Assembly: GCF_018977255.1 (NCBI RefSeq) | Contig: NW_024704742.1 | Location: 56,918,001 to 56,982,000, forward strand | Direction: 5' to 3' | From: Callorhinchus milii | Taxonomy: Eukaryota | DNA: 64,000 nt | Shown here: positions 1 through 12,606 of the stretch, in pieces | Layout: every line of letters begins with the position of its first letter | How positions within the stretch are numbered: the stretch's first letter is position 1 | The notes under the pieces: model-generated | The model's input: the letters and a program-made list of their open reading frames with translations, nothing else | Databases searched by the model: none | What the model was told of the DNA's origin: nothing | Program-made: the position numbers and the translations under genes

Positions 1-167
1 GATTGCAGTGCTTCCGATCTAAGGAGTTTGATCTGCTCTCACAAAGAGCAAGCAGAGAATACTTGAACTCGGAGCTACCTTGAGGACTTGGTCACTAGGC
101 ACAGGCTGGGCTTGCCCTGTCAGAGAGGCGATCCGGTTACCTGACTTGCTCAGCTGATCGTGAAGAC

Positions 168-176
168 ATGGTTCAG
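168..176 (+). CDS. UFSP2: UFSP2 exon 1 coding part (ATG only, or ATG GTT CAG)
   Basis: gaagacATG at 168-170 followed by two possible in-phase donors (gttcag at 171, gtccgc at 177); exon 2 is phase 0 and has no ATG. Confidence 0.55.
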
Positions 177-3100
177 GTCCGCATTATCCTTTGACAATTT
201 GGGGCTTAGAAGAGTTTGTGGGATTAGGGCTTGTCTGTGGGGACACAAACCTCACTCCCAAAGTGGAACGTTTTGGTCTAATTTGGTTAATGGGGAGTGA
301 GCAGGTCGAACCTTGCTCACCAATAATTTAAAAAAAAGATATCAGCACAAATTGAAAAGAAGTATCCTGTTCAACAATCCCTCCAGATAAATATATTTGG
401 TCCTCCTCTGTTCCAGTGAAAACATCTGTCACACAATTAGCTTTTATTCTTTAATCTTATTTCAGTGAATCTATGCTGTTTCCAATCCTGTACTTTTTTT
501 TAATATATTGAATACCAAAAATGGATGCACTAATTTAGCTGTTACCTAATTAATATCTTGTCTACTTGGTTCCTATATTTTGTTTAATGTTATTTGATAT
601 TATGTGATACTTATGTTAGGCTGACATGATTAGTCTAACTAATTAACACTATTAATCAGTGTTGCTTTCAAAGGATTCTTTTCATGACCAAGTATTTAGT
701 CAAAATATTCTTGTATGTAGAAGGAAAGAAACTAGAGTCAGAATGCTTCATTGCATCTTGATGTTGCTTGCCAATGATGTGATTATGTGTTTAATTATGA
801 TTGAAACAGTTGAATTACATGTTTGTGGACTTCATTAAACAGCAGTTTAATTGATGGATTATAGTTCTATAACTTCATGCAAAAGTATGTCCTGAGATCC
901 TTTCAAGCTCTTGGCACTTAAATTTATTATTGCATTAAGTAGAGATGTGAAGTCTTAAATTGGTGATCCTCTGTGTACAGTTGCTGAAGTTCACACTGTT
1001 TTTGAATTGTTTCCTTTTTTTTGCTGGTTGGTAATTGTAATTGTAAACACATTTTCCAAAAAAATTATTTCAGGCATCCTTCACATCCATTGAAAACCAA
1101 GAATTAATATTTCGACTAAAAGGTGGATTTTATTTGTCAGGTCTTCTCAGAAAATTGGATGGTAAGTAAATTAGTTTCAGATTCAATTACATTTCTAAGT
1201 GTGATTTAGGCATTCTAATAAAAATAATTTGTTTACTGTATTGAATGCTTGAATAATGGTTTGCATGCTGCTTGAGTAGTGGAGCCATATCAAGAGTATA
1301 AACTTTTTTAATTACAGCAGGTTTCTCTTGGGTCGGCATAACGTATGCAGCGTACAATGGGGAAAAAAATTATTTTTACTTACTCTTCTTCAGACGTTGA
1401 GGCGCATTTACTTTGATTTTCGTATGAATGTTTAAAACCTCAAAGTCATTGTTCGGTGTACTAACCATGTCCTGGAGAACAGTCTGACTACATTATGCCA
1501 GACTATATAAGTTAAACGTAAATTGTATTATGAGAAGAAAAAGATTTGGGGCTACAGATTGCAGTGTTGTGTGCATGTACAAAGAGACAGGTGTTCTGAC
1601 TGCTTTGGCTGAGGAGGAATAGCTAGTGATGGGGATGAGGGGAGGAATGAATTCCAGGAGGATCGAAGCCTGGAAGTGGTAAGGGAATAATATGTCTGCT
1701 GGTGAAATTTTCATGTAAGCCTAAGACTTGTCCTACCTGGACAAACTGCAGGAAGCTTTCCAAACAGTGTTTGCAATGACAAGGTTTTAGTTGGTTAAAT
1801 TCCAGCAGCAGCTCAACACACACTGTGCTTTCCAAGCTTTAACTCTCTGCCAATACTTTCCAGAATTAGGTAAGCAGGATGCTTCCCTCTAGGGTGAGAA
1901 TGTGCGTACCATTACAGAAAAATGGGAAATTTCCACACGTGGGTGGCATGTATATGTGAAACTCAATCTGGTTTGAATACGCGTAAGCCTGGTCATGCGT
2001 TTCTGGGTATGTCAGACATCCAACTGACCAAAAAACCTAATATCACCCTAGACTATAAGTCAGACTTTAAATTCATCAATAAAATTTCTTCTGACTCAGA
2101 GATGAGCTGATATTTTGCTGACATTATCTGAAAGTGAATTTCTTTAATTTCTTTAGTGATGCAGGTTTGATAGGGGTGTATTTCTCGGGAAACACAGTAA
2201 TATATAATGCAACTTTAATCTTGCATGTATGTTTCTCATTTGATGTATACATGATAACGTAACTACTGATATTATATAGAGACACTGAGTAATTAGATTG
2301 TGTAGTTAAGCATTATTATTGAGATCCGAATACTTTTAACATGGTTCTTTTTTTTTTGTTGAGACCAGAATCTTCAATTAAGGCAGCCATTTCAGAAGCC
2401 ATAAATGAGGCTGTTTTTAAGGTGAATTCAGAAGCTTTCGTTGTGAATTCTGAAAAGAGTTCACTAGTTGTATGGCCTAAGACTCATATCAGCACACATC
2501 TAGTAGACCTACCAGAGGATGCTGCCTGCAAATCCATTTTAAAATTTGTTACGTAAGTTATTGAACTGAATGTATAAAGTGTTTCATTATGATGCTGTTG
2601 CATATTATGATGGGCTGCAATGGTTGATGACTGACTCCTACATAAAATCAAAGTTTGAGACAAACCAAATTCTCCTTTTACCTCTGTTAGCTGTTCTGAA
2701 TTGCTCATTTTGGACATCGACAGTTTGCTTAATTTATCCCAATTATGATATTTTTGAAAATCACAGTGAATTGATTTCTGCATTAGTTTTTAATTAATGT
2801 TTGAATTGATATATTTTTATATGTTGGTTTTTTTTATCACCTGTGCTTAAAACTTCAGATAATTCTGGGCCATTTAATACTCCTGTTTGCTCACATATTT
2901 TTCGTGTAGCGCAGTACTTTGTATTTAAAGAAGCATCACAGTTCATTGAATAAAACTGGAGTATATTAAGGCATTTGTATTGACACAGATGAAAGGGGTT
3001 TTTATCAGTTGGAAAGTTAATTGGTGATGTATTGCACAATATTTTCATGCATCTGTTTTGTTCCTTGTAATACTTCTTACTCCTGTAAGCGTCTCAGTTT

Positions 3101-6100
3101 TCCAAAACATTTGAGTTTTTAGTTAGAGCAACATTTACCAACACAAAAATATGTACCATAGAGACTGAATTGAATCCCAATTTAGAGATCAAATGACTGC
3201 CAATGCCTTGGGTCGTCCTCCCGAAATGAAAGGTGCTATACAAATGTAATTTTGTATTCTGTTGACCTAGACATATGGTGCAACACACTATTAAATCTGA
3301 AAAGAGTAGTGGTCTTTGCTTTTGTCGCTGCTAAAAGGTTAAATGCCAAACATCCCCTCTATCTCTGCAACCCACTGAGGTCTCACACCTCAGGGATTAC
3401 AAGTTTTTCTATAAATGTGTGAGATTGCTTGTGGTGCATAAATTGAAGAGGCTTATTTTGGCAGTCAGATTCTATTTGTACATAATCTTACGGTAAAACT
3501 ATACCACAGTTTTCAATATTTATTTCAGAATTGAGCAGGATGAGCGTATTAAAAAGATCAATAAAAAGAAAGCAAAAAAGATCATACCAGTGGTAAGCAA
3601 TGTAAATTTGACTTGTTTCAAAGATAATTTGGAGTTTTACAGATTGGTTACCTATGCTATATGTTTCTGAAAATACAAAAGCTGTACTCTTAATCTTTAC
3701 AAACCAGACCTTTCTAATAACAGTAAACAACATTTCTTAGTTGTTATAGGCTTGTTAGTCAAACAATGGCAGTCTAAACTGATCCTCCAGTGCAGTTCCC
3801 GGGGTATGCTGTAACGTTGGAGGTTCAGTCCTTTGGATGAGACATTAAACTGACTTCCCCTTTGCTTGTTTGGCATTGAAGCAACCCAAACTGCATCCTA
3901 AAAGAGCAATGTTCAATTTGTTTTGTGAATTTGGTTGCCTTCTTCTCTCCCTTTCTTTTCTTGGTTCCCAATTAGTCCATTAACATGTGTATCTGCTCAG
4001 ATTCCCCTATCAATCTTCTGAAGACTCCATTATATAATTCCAGTTTTCACCTGATCTGAAAGGTAAAATGTATTGAAAGACATTTTAATACATAAAATTA
4101 ATAGGTATTAATAGGTATTCTCGAGCTATTCTTAAATCTTCTTGTTTCCATAATTAAATAATTTGACAAAAGGCTAATTTATATTTTATTAGTTTGTAAA
4201 TGACTTGACCTTTCAACAACTAATAATCCCAATTACCATTTGTTTCAGAAAGTAATAAACTTCAACATTTTGTTTGAGATGACAAGGCCTGAAACTGTGG
4301 AGAGCATGCATGTTCTCCAAGACAACAAATCACGACTCCACTTCAGTATGATTCTGCCAGTGGATGCATTGATACATGTTAAACCAGATGACACCTGGGG
4401 AAAGTATGATGTTATTTTGTCCTAGACATCAAATGGTTTCTAGATTGAATATATTAATAGTGAAAGAGTAGCATATGGTAGCCTGCAGAGAGGGACTGGG
4501 ACTGTGACAGGCAGCAGTGGGTAGAGAAGGGGGATTTGAGATTAATGACGAAGGGGGTTGGCCAACAGCAGTAACTTGCATTTATATAGTGCCCTTCACA
4601 TAGGATATCTCAGAGCACTTGTAGGATTATATAGGATATAAGATTATAACTGAGAAAAAAACAAATGGCCCAGAAATGTTTTATTTTCAAAATTGTGTTG
4701 TAGCAAATATCTTTATTATTAACAGTAAATTGTGTTTTGACAGAGTGCAAGATCTATTTGTGCAAGCAGTCACCACTCAGCTAGGAGATATGGAGAAGGT
4801 AGTCCAGCAATTCACAAAAGGACAGTCTGTTCCAATACCCCAACCATTCCACTTTTCACTGCGAGGCGAAACTACATTTGCTACAGTTGTGTACCCTGCT
4901 GGAATAAGTGATGGCGATCTGGAGTCGTATCGAAAAGTATGGCTGAAGTTTTGCTTGTGTTTTTATATTTATAGAGTCTATCCACCAATTCTGAAATTTT
5001 TAAAATGCTATGAAATTGGTGTAACCTTTTCTGTCCTTACCATACCTTCTTCAACGTTTCCTCTTTTCCTTACCTTATTCAACTGAAGCTGAAGTTCATA
5101 CCTTAGATATTAAGTCTTGCATCTAACTTTTTAAAATATCCAGAAAATAGTTCCAGGTGCCTGGTCTCTTGGTGCAGTTCATGTATTTGCCAATCTCCTA
5201 AGTTTAGGCAGTTTATTTCTTAATTTTCTTTACATTGCATGATTTGTTGACTTTTTCACATATTGAAGATGTCTGGGCTAATATTACTGGATATGAAATG
5301 TGTCTCAATCTCAGTAGTGAGCACATGCTAATTAAAAAAAGTTCAACCAATGCCATATCCTGATCTTCCATAATATTTTATATTCGTTAAATGTTCTATT
5401 TAATCTCCTCTTCGACCATGCCATCGGCCACCCACCTTCCCCTCCCCTCCCTTCCCCCCGCCCCCCCCAGGCCTAGCTCGGGTCTGAAATGCTGTACTCT
5501 GTCCAGCGCCTTGGGACGTCCTCCCGACATGAAAGGCGCTATACAAATGTAACCTTCTTGCTGTTGTTGTATTTGGCCTTTTTTAAATCTTTATTTTTAT
5601 TTTCCAAATACAATAAGAAAACATCAAACACTGACTACTGTATTTCATCTTTCGATCACATCAACGCATATCTAAACATGATTTATTGGATCCTTCTTGC
5701 TATCTGCACTTTCTGTACATTTACTAGTTTTAATACTCTTAAGTGACTCCCCTTCGAGTTCTCGTTGCTCTCATAATTATCCAATTATGATTTTGTCTGT
5801 TGTCTCTTATTTAGCTCAACAACTGCTTTATTCCCCTTGAACTGATGTTTAATAGTGCAAGAGTTATCAAAAAATGACTGTCCTTAACTTCTACCCTTAA
5901 TACTTCTATCCTATTATTAACCCATCCAATTAACTTACGGTCTTCTGGTACCTAGTTGTAAACTAGTTACACCCCTTGTAGCCCTTACTTAGTTTTAAGC
6001 ATGCACATCATTCAGAAACTTATTCCTTCAATTAAACTAGGGAGTTACAAAAATGTGGACATTTAAGCAAGAGTTATGCTTTATGTGACTTTTTGCTTAC

Positions 6101-9100
6101 AATGTTTGTAGTATAAATTAAACTGTTACATGATGGCTTTGAAACTTAAGGCACTGTCTTGCAGATTTAGATTTTAAAAAAATTATGTGTACAGACATTG
6201 CACCGTGAACTTGATCTGCCAGATGATAGACCCTTCCTTCGACGTGTTATGGCTTATCGTTTTCCTCATGAAACATCAAAGGACGTGTACCTGCCCAAGA
6301 TGCACCAATTTCTCATTCATCCTGCAACAGAGGATGCCAAGGTACATCCCTGAAGTAACTATACCATACCTTTTTTTATTGCCATAGAAACACACATATA
6401 GTTAATTCAAATCTAATAATGTGTAATTACCTGAAAGGCTGGGGATAAGAAACATAAATTCTCTTCGTTTTAAAAAAAATGTCTTCATCCTTTTTACAGG
6501 TTTATTTAGTACAGGGGTCGTACAACTTTTATCACTACCTGCAGGATAACATAGAGGATGCAGATTGGGGCTGTGCCTACCGTTCCTTGCAAACAATTGT
6601 TTCCTGGTACAGAGCACAAGGATATACTACTAAACCAGTCCCAACACATGAAGAGATCCAGGAGGTATCTGTGCATTAATATCTATTTAATAATCAGATT
6701 AATAATAATCTGTAGTAATATCTAAAGCGCTCCGAGACTCTACCCTGCGTGAAGGGCTCTTTCCTCTCCACCCATGCATTATTCGAACCCCTTCAGTCGG
6801 GTTTCCGTGCTGCCCATAGCACAGAAACCGCCCTGGTCAAGGTCACAATGACATCTTGACCATCTGCGACCAGGGCTCCCTCTGCCTCCTCGTCCTCCTC
6901 GACCTATCGGCAGCATTCGATACGGTCGACCACGCTATCCTCCTCCACCGCTTGTCCTCCCACCTCAACCTTCAAGGCCCTGTCCTTGAGTGGTTTAGGT
7001 CGTACCTCTCCCACTGTGTCTTCATTTTGTTTCCACAAACGGCTTTTCCTCCAGCCCCTGCACTGTCTCGTGCGGTGTCCCTCAGGGCTCTGTCCTCGGT
7101 CCCCTCCTCTTCACCCTCTACATGCTCCCCCTTGGTGACATCATCCGCAGACATGGGGTTAACTTCCACATGTATGCGGATGACACCCAACTCTACCTCT
7201 CCTCCACTACCCTCATCTCCACGACCACCGGTGTCCTGACAGCTGCCTGTCCGACATCGAGTCCTGGACGAGAGACAACTTTCTTCAGCTCAACGTGCGC
7301 AAAACTGAGGCCCTCCTGATTGGCTCGTGTCAGCGCCTCCGCACCTCAGGCGCTGACAACATCAGCATCCAAGGCTGCACTCTCCACCTCTCAAAGCCGT
7401 CAGGAACCCCGGTGTTCTGTTCGACCCTGAGCTGTCCTTTCTTCCTCATCCGCGCCACAACTGGCACCGCCTTCCATCACCTCTGAAACATCGGCAGACT
7501 ACGGCACTACCTCACCCCTCACTCTGCTGAAACTCTGGTCCACGCCTTTATCACCTCAAGGCTGAACTATGGGAACTCTCTCCTCGTCGGCCTTCCCGGC
7601 CCTCCCTCCACAAGCTGCAGGTCATTCAGAACTCTGCAGCTCGTGTACTGTCCCGCACCAGGCTTCGCGACCACATCACTCCCACCCTCCCTCCCCTCCA
7701 CTGGCTCCCCATCCCCCAGAAGATCGAATTCAAGATCCTCATCCTCACCTACAAGGCCATTCACGGCCTTGCTCCTTCCTACCTCTCCGACCTACTATCC
7801 CCCTACCTACCTGCCCGTACCCTCCGTTCCTCTGGCTCCGGTCTGCTCCACATCCCCCGCCCCAACCGCTCTACCATCGGTGGCCGGGCCTTCAGCCTCT
7901 CAGCCCCAGGCTCTGGAACTCCATCCCCCAGTGCCTTCGCCGCTTCCTCCCTTTCCTCCTTCAAGGCCGGTCTCAAGACCTTTCTCTATGACCGTGCCTT
8001 CAGCTCCACTCTCGACTCTCTACCCCCTCCTCGCTCTCTCCCTTCCCTCACCCTGACCATTTCCCCTCTGCTCGGGTCCTGACCCAACTGTCCAGCGCCT
8101 TGGGACGTCCTCCCGACGTGAAAGGCACTGTATAAATGGAATCTTGTTGTTGTTGATGTTGAGGCAGAGGGAGCCCTAGTTGCAGATGGCCAAAATGTAA
8201 TTTGTCACTTTCACCAAAGCTGTTTCAGTCGGTACAGAAACCCGGTTGGAAGGGGTTCGTGAAGGGAGTGGCAGGAGCATGAAGGAATGAGGAATGAATG
8301 AAGCTGAGAAGCAAAGATTCGTTCCAGAACCTTGGAAAGGAAAGGGAGGTTGGAGATGGGGCAGTAATTTGAAAGCAGGGATGGGTCCAGGGAAGGTTTT
8401 TTAAAGATGGGAAGATGAAAGACATTTATAAAGGGGTGGGAATGGTGCCAGTGGACAGGGAGAGGTTTATGATGTCTGTGAGTAGAAGAGCAAGGAGGTG
8501 GAGCTGGGTGGTAAGGAAAGGGGTAGGGATGGGGTCGAGAGAGCAGGTGGTCGGTTTTATGTGGGTTATAGTGGTGGTGAGAGGAGGGGGAAAGAGGTTT
8601 GAAGGTGTGGATGGCGTGAAGGTGTGATGGGGATGGGGTAGTAGACGGATCCCCTCGACTTTGATTTGAGGAAGTCCAGCATCACCTCACAGTTGACATT
8701 GGAGGAGAGAATGGGTGATGCGTGCGTGGGTGGGCGGAGGAGCCATTTAGTGAAGGAGAAGAGGAACCTGGGGTTGTTCTTGGCCTCCAAGATTGACTTG
8801 GAGTAGAAGAACGGTTTAGCGGAGCCAAGAGTGGAGTGGTAAGTTTTGATAAAGTCCAACCAGATCTGCCGATGGACCATTAAATCTGGGTTGCTGGTGT
8901 ACCAGGATGACTTCCGTGAGTAGGTGACAGTTTGGGAAATGAGGGTGGCAAGGGCATTGAAAGTGGTACAGAGGGATTTGTGGAGGAGAGTGACCAAGGA
9001 GGATGGCTCATTGCAGGAGGAAGCCCAGAGAGGGAGGAGTTTAGATCACTCCCAAAGCAGCGGAGTGGGGGGGAGATTTTTTTTCAGGGGCGGGAAGAGA

Positions 9101-12100
9101 TGAAGGTGGGTTTGGTGGCGGTGGGGAGAGGGATTGAGGAGTTAAGGGAGATGAAGTAAGATGAATATAACAAGAATGAACCTGCTTTCACGGAAGAATT
9201 TCTGTTAGAAAATTATTTGAAAAGAAACACATAACCGGACAGTGGTATATTTTCCTGAAAGTTGTTTGGCAACATTAGGTAAAATTAGTTCCCACAAAAT
9301 CATTAATTTTTCTGTGTCAGTTTTACATAACCCTCTGTATACTTGCACTGTGAGTCAAAAAAAATTGTTATATTCTAAAGTTTCCTTTTTAGAGAGGAAA
9401 TAAGATGTTTTAAAAATATCTAACTGAAGTCAAACATTGCTCCAAACGCCATTGAATACTGTGAGGGTTGTGCAGTGCAATGCATTCTATTTATTTCTTT
9501 AAGCTATTCAAGACGCTGTCCCACGTGCTATATAAATACAAGTGGTGATTGTTGTTCTATGTTTATTGTCAGATAAATACAACAACAACAACAACTTGGA
9601 TTTATATAGCACCCTCCACGCCGGACGGCGTCTCAGAGCGCTTTACAGTTTAGGATCCCGGGGCTGAGCCAGGGGGAGGGGTGGGAAGGTGACCAAAGGC
9701 GCGGTCGAAAAGAAAGGTCTTCAGAAGAGATGTGCACAATGCAATACAAAAAATGTGCACAAATGTGCAACACAAAAAATGATTGCCTTGGAACCTTGCT
9801 GTAGCAGAAATCACTGCTTCAAAAGAGGAGGAAGGAAAATTATGAGGATGTTGTATTGAAAATTGCAATTGTTCATTTTTATATACTATTTTTGTTTTGT
9901 GTCTTCAGGCTTTGGTGGCCGCTGGAGATAAAACTTCAGATATCATAGGATCAAGTGAATGGATTGGGTGTTTTGAGATCCAGCAAGTACTAGATTCCCT
10001 GGGATTTACAGCTAAAATTATAAACGTCCGGTAAGATAAATGAAGCAAAATGGTCATTGTAAATTCTTCTTAAAATTTTAACATTTCTGTTATTGTATTC
10101 ACTATATTCTAAAAACTAAATCAAATATGTTGTACCGTACTGCGTAGTTTGAAAGACAGTCATATATTGAACACAGGAAAAATAATAATAATCCTTGCAT
10201 TTGATATAGCACCTTATCAAGTCTTTGAGACATCTCAAAGCACTTCACAGAATATACAGTAAAGTGACTGTATATTTTGTGGCCGAAACAAAATGCATTA
10301 ATTGTAAATTAGACTAGAAACAATTAAGGGCAGTGAATACACTTGCTCAACTTTCCCTCATCTATGGAATATTAGTTTTGTTTCCCCCCTGGTTGAGATG
10401 CAATTGGCTGCAGTAATTGTAAATATGCAATTTCTACACTTGACAGGAATTATCTGTGAATTATTTTGAATATTTGATGATAGTAGCATTGCAGGGAAAC
10501 TCCATTATAGCACGGCTTTACTTATAGTACTGGTGTAGTGAGGACCTGTGCTAACTAGAAGTGCGTTACACCCGACTCCAGTGCTGACCGACTCCAGATT
10601 GTCACTGATGCTGTTTCCTGTGCCCTCCAAACAAAGAAAGCACTGCATGTCAAACATTTTTTCATGGTTTGTTATAATGCAGGTGCTGAGACATTGTCCC
10701 TAGACTGTTGTAACAGTTTGCCTTGCATAACTACTTATTATTTCTTCAGCTGGTTCCCATACAGTACAAGAGTTAACTGACTATGGGAATATTGAAATAG
10801 AAACATCTGTTGTTTTTGGAAGAACTGAAAGAATCGCAATCACTTGAAAGTGAAACTCAAAATCCAGGCCATATCAGACTTCAGGAATTATGTAGTTTAT
10901 TTTGATATAGATTATTTCAAAATCATATTTGAATCTGACAATCTTTTTGTAACCTAAAACTGAATGTTATTTTAGTGAAACTAGTAAGAACATTTCCAGT
11001 ATCCCCATATATTTATCAGGAAATTACACTAATTTATTTGTGTTTCAAATCTCTTATATGAATCTGTAATACTACTACGTTTCAATTTAGCTATTACATT
11101 TGTATTATAGATTCAAAGTAATATTTTAGTAGTTTTCTACATCCTTCAATGAAAGGAAATCATTTCACTTTTCCAGTACAGGTGCTGAGTTTCCTTCAAT
11201 AGGAAGAGAACTTGCAAATCATTTCACAGTTGAAGGAAGTCCAATTACGGTTGGTAAGTTTGTGATCAGTGTTGAACATCACCATTTGATCTTTTTGAGA
11301 CAACCGCAGTCAAAGTTACAAATGACCTTCTGTCTATCTGACCAGGGCCTTCTCTGTCTCCTCATCCTTCTCGTTCTCTCTGCCGCTTTCGACACTGTCG
11401 ACCACTCTATTCTTCTCCACCGCCTCTCCTCAGATCAACCTTCATAGTTCTGTCCTTGCCTGGTTTCTCTCTTGGCTTTCCCACTGTCTCAACTTTGTAT
11501 CCACTAACTACTTCTCTCCACTGTTACATCCGACATTCCTCAGGGCTCTGGAATGTATTGGAAAGTAAAGCGGAGTGAGTACGAAGAAATGGGGAATATT
11601 TTAATTTCAAGTCAGATGTGCATTCATTCGCAACTCTTCTTTTTCCGTGTGTGATTGTTTGAAATACAGCTGGTGATCGTCTGGCAAACACCATCTTGGG
11701 AGTGATTTGGAATGAAAATACAGGTGATCTAAAATTCCTTGTGATGGACCCACACTACATGGGAGATGATGAGTGGAATGCTGCCATTGAAAGGGTATGT
11801 GGAGATACAGCAGCAATGACTAAAACTCCAATGGACAATCCTGCCACAAACATTTTTGGTAGTGATTCTGTCAATTAATATAAATAGCAGATTTGTTTCT
11901 GTTAAAAATCTTTTTGTCTGTCTAAAATAACCAATTGTTTTGGTCAGCCAGGTGGCTAATACACACGGAAGCCCATTATCTGCTTAAGAGTATCCAAGAG
12001 TTCTGTGTGCTATACTTGTAGTCTAGAATGGGATGTGCACTCTCACAGGTGCTTACCTAATTTCAGAGAGCATTAAGTGCAGATTGGCAAGAGCTGAGGC

Positions 12101-12472
12101 TTGATAGACATACCCTAGAGTTTGGGTTAGGGTTTTTAACCCAACAAAAATCGCATAAATTGCCATCGAAAGCACTGTCTGACAATGTTGCCCCTGCTTG
12201 TCCAGCTAGGACCACCTCACCTTTTGGGGGTTTGGCTGGCAGGGTTAACAGGAGCTGATTATTATCTATGGGTCTTCTGTATCCAAAATTAAATTGAGCA
12301 CTGATTCCTCATTAGTTGTTGGGCTGTTGATGCATAGAGTTAAGACTTAAGACTGTTGTATTAACTTTAACTCTCTTGCATGTTTCAGGGTATTGACTGG
12401 AAAGGAATAGATTTCTGGAATCCAATGGAATCTTTCAACCTCTGCTTGCCACAAAGACCGTCAGGTGTTTAG
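168..12472 (+). CDS. UFSP2: UFM1-specific peptidase 2 (peptidase C78), 12 coding exons, ~468-470 aa, divergent
   Basis: Exons 168-170 (or -176), 1074-1161, 2369-2552, 3529-3592, 4249-4403, 4744-4936, 6195-6341, 6500-6664, 9909-10030, 11177-11253, 11670-11794, 12389-12472, all GT-AG with continuous phase. Motifs [43 protein letters not shown]; adjacent to ANKRD37 as in other vertebrates. Confidence 0.93.
1074..1161 (+). CDS. UFSP2: UFSP2 exon 2 ([29 protein letters not shown])
   Basis: tttcag acceptor, gtaagt donor; resembles the ILFRIRGG N-terminal motif. Confidence 0.85.
2369..2552 (+). CDS. UFSP2: UFSP2 exon 3
   Basis: polypyrimidine..ccag / gtaagt; inside ORF 2341..2556; phase 1 to 2. 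Confidence 0.85.
3529..3592 (+). CDS. UFSP2: UFSP2 exon 4 ([21 protein letters not shown])
   Basis: tttcag / gtaagc; phases match flanking exons. Confidence 0.8.
4249..4403 (+). CDS. UFSP2: UFSP2 exon 5
   Basis: tttcag / gtatga; [20 protein letters not shown]. Confidence 0.88.
4744..4936 (+). CDS. UFSP2: UFSP2 exon 6
   Basis: gacag / gtatgg; [28 protein letters not shown]. Confidence 0.9.
5400..5570 (+). mobile_element. L2-type LINE 3' end fragment
   Basis: cagcgccttgggacgtcctcccgac..tgaaaggcgctatacaaatg..(TTG)n, same 3' end as the 6760-8155 element. Confidence 0.75.
6195..6341 (+). CDS. UFSP2: UFSP2 exon 7
   Basis: tacag / gtacat; [21 protein letters not shown]. Confidence 0.88.
6500..6664 (+). 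CDS. UFSP2: UFSP2 exon 8 (catalytic Cys TGT 6572-6574, oxyanion Tyr)
   Basis: tttacag / gtatct; [34 protein letters not shown]. Confidence 0.95.
6760..8155 (+). mobile_element. 5'-truncated L2/CR1-superfamily LINE (degenerate reverse transcriptase plus 3' tail)
   Basis: [26 protein letters not shown], [11 protein letters not shown] motifs with frameshifts; ends in (TTG)n. Confidence 0.92.
8160..9160 (-). mobile_element. older L2-type LINE ORF2 fragment (region preceding and entering RT)
   Basis: minus-strand NNPRFLFS and [24 protein letters not shown] peptides, degenerate. Confidence 0.8.
9578..9728 (-). mobile_element. L2-type LINE 3' end
   Basis: (CAA)n ttggatttatatagc..ggacggcgtctcagagcgc, shared with 19475, 32390 and 55041. 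Confidence 0.75.
9909..10030 (+). CDS. UFSP2: UFSP2 exon 9
   Basis: cttcag / gtaaga; [23 protein letters not shown]. Confidence 0.92.
11177..11253 (+). CDS. UFSP2: UFSP2 exon 10
   Basis: ttccag / gtaagt; [17 protein letters not shown]. Confidence 0.92.
11300..11552 (+). mobile_element. L2 RT fragment
   Basis: [23 protein letters not shown]. Confidence 0.75.
11670..11794 (+). CDS. UFSP2: UFSP2 exon 11 (DPH box 11747-11755)
   Basis: tacag / gtatgt; [31 protein letters not shown]. Confidence 0.93.
12389..12472 (+). CDS. UFSP2: UFSP2 exon 12 with stop
   Basis: tttcag; [27 protein letters not shown]. Confidence 0.92.
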   Translation, partial: GIDWKGIDFWNPMESFNLCLPQRPSGV

Positions 12473-12606
12473 AGCTCGTGTTTTACAGAGCTTTAACTGA
12501 AAAGGGAAAGAGACCGAATTCTAAGATGCACAGGACTCTTGCAACCTCTGTATGCTTCAATCCAAAAGGGTTACTGAAGTATTGAGTATGATTTACATGG
12601 TACTAT

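Noticed and set aside
6856..8056. Long ORFs with RT motifs as a functional reverse transcriptase or retron-like system
   Set aside because: Frameshifted, 5'-truncated L2 copy inside an intron.
168..12472. UFSP2 as a pseudogene
   Set aside because: All exons keep frame and canonical splice sites, and the Cys/Asp/His catalytic set is intact.
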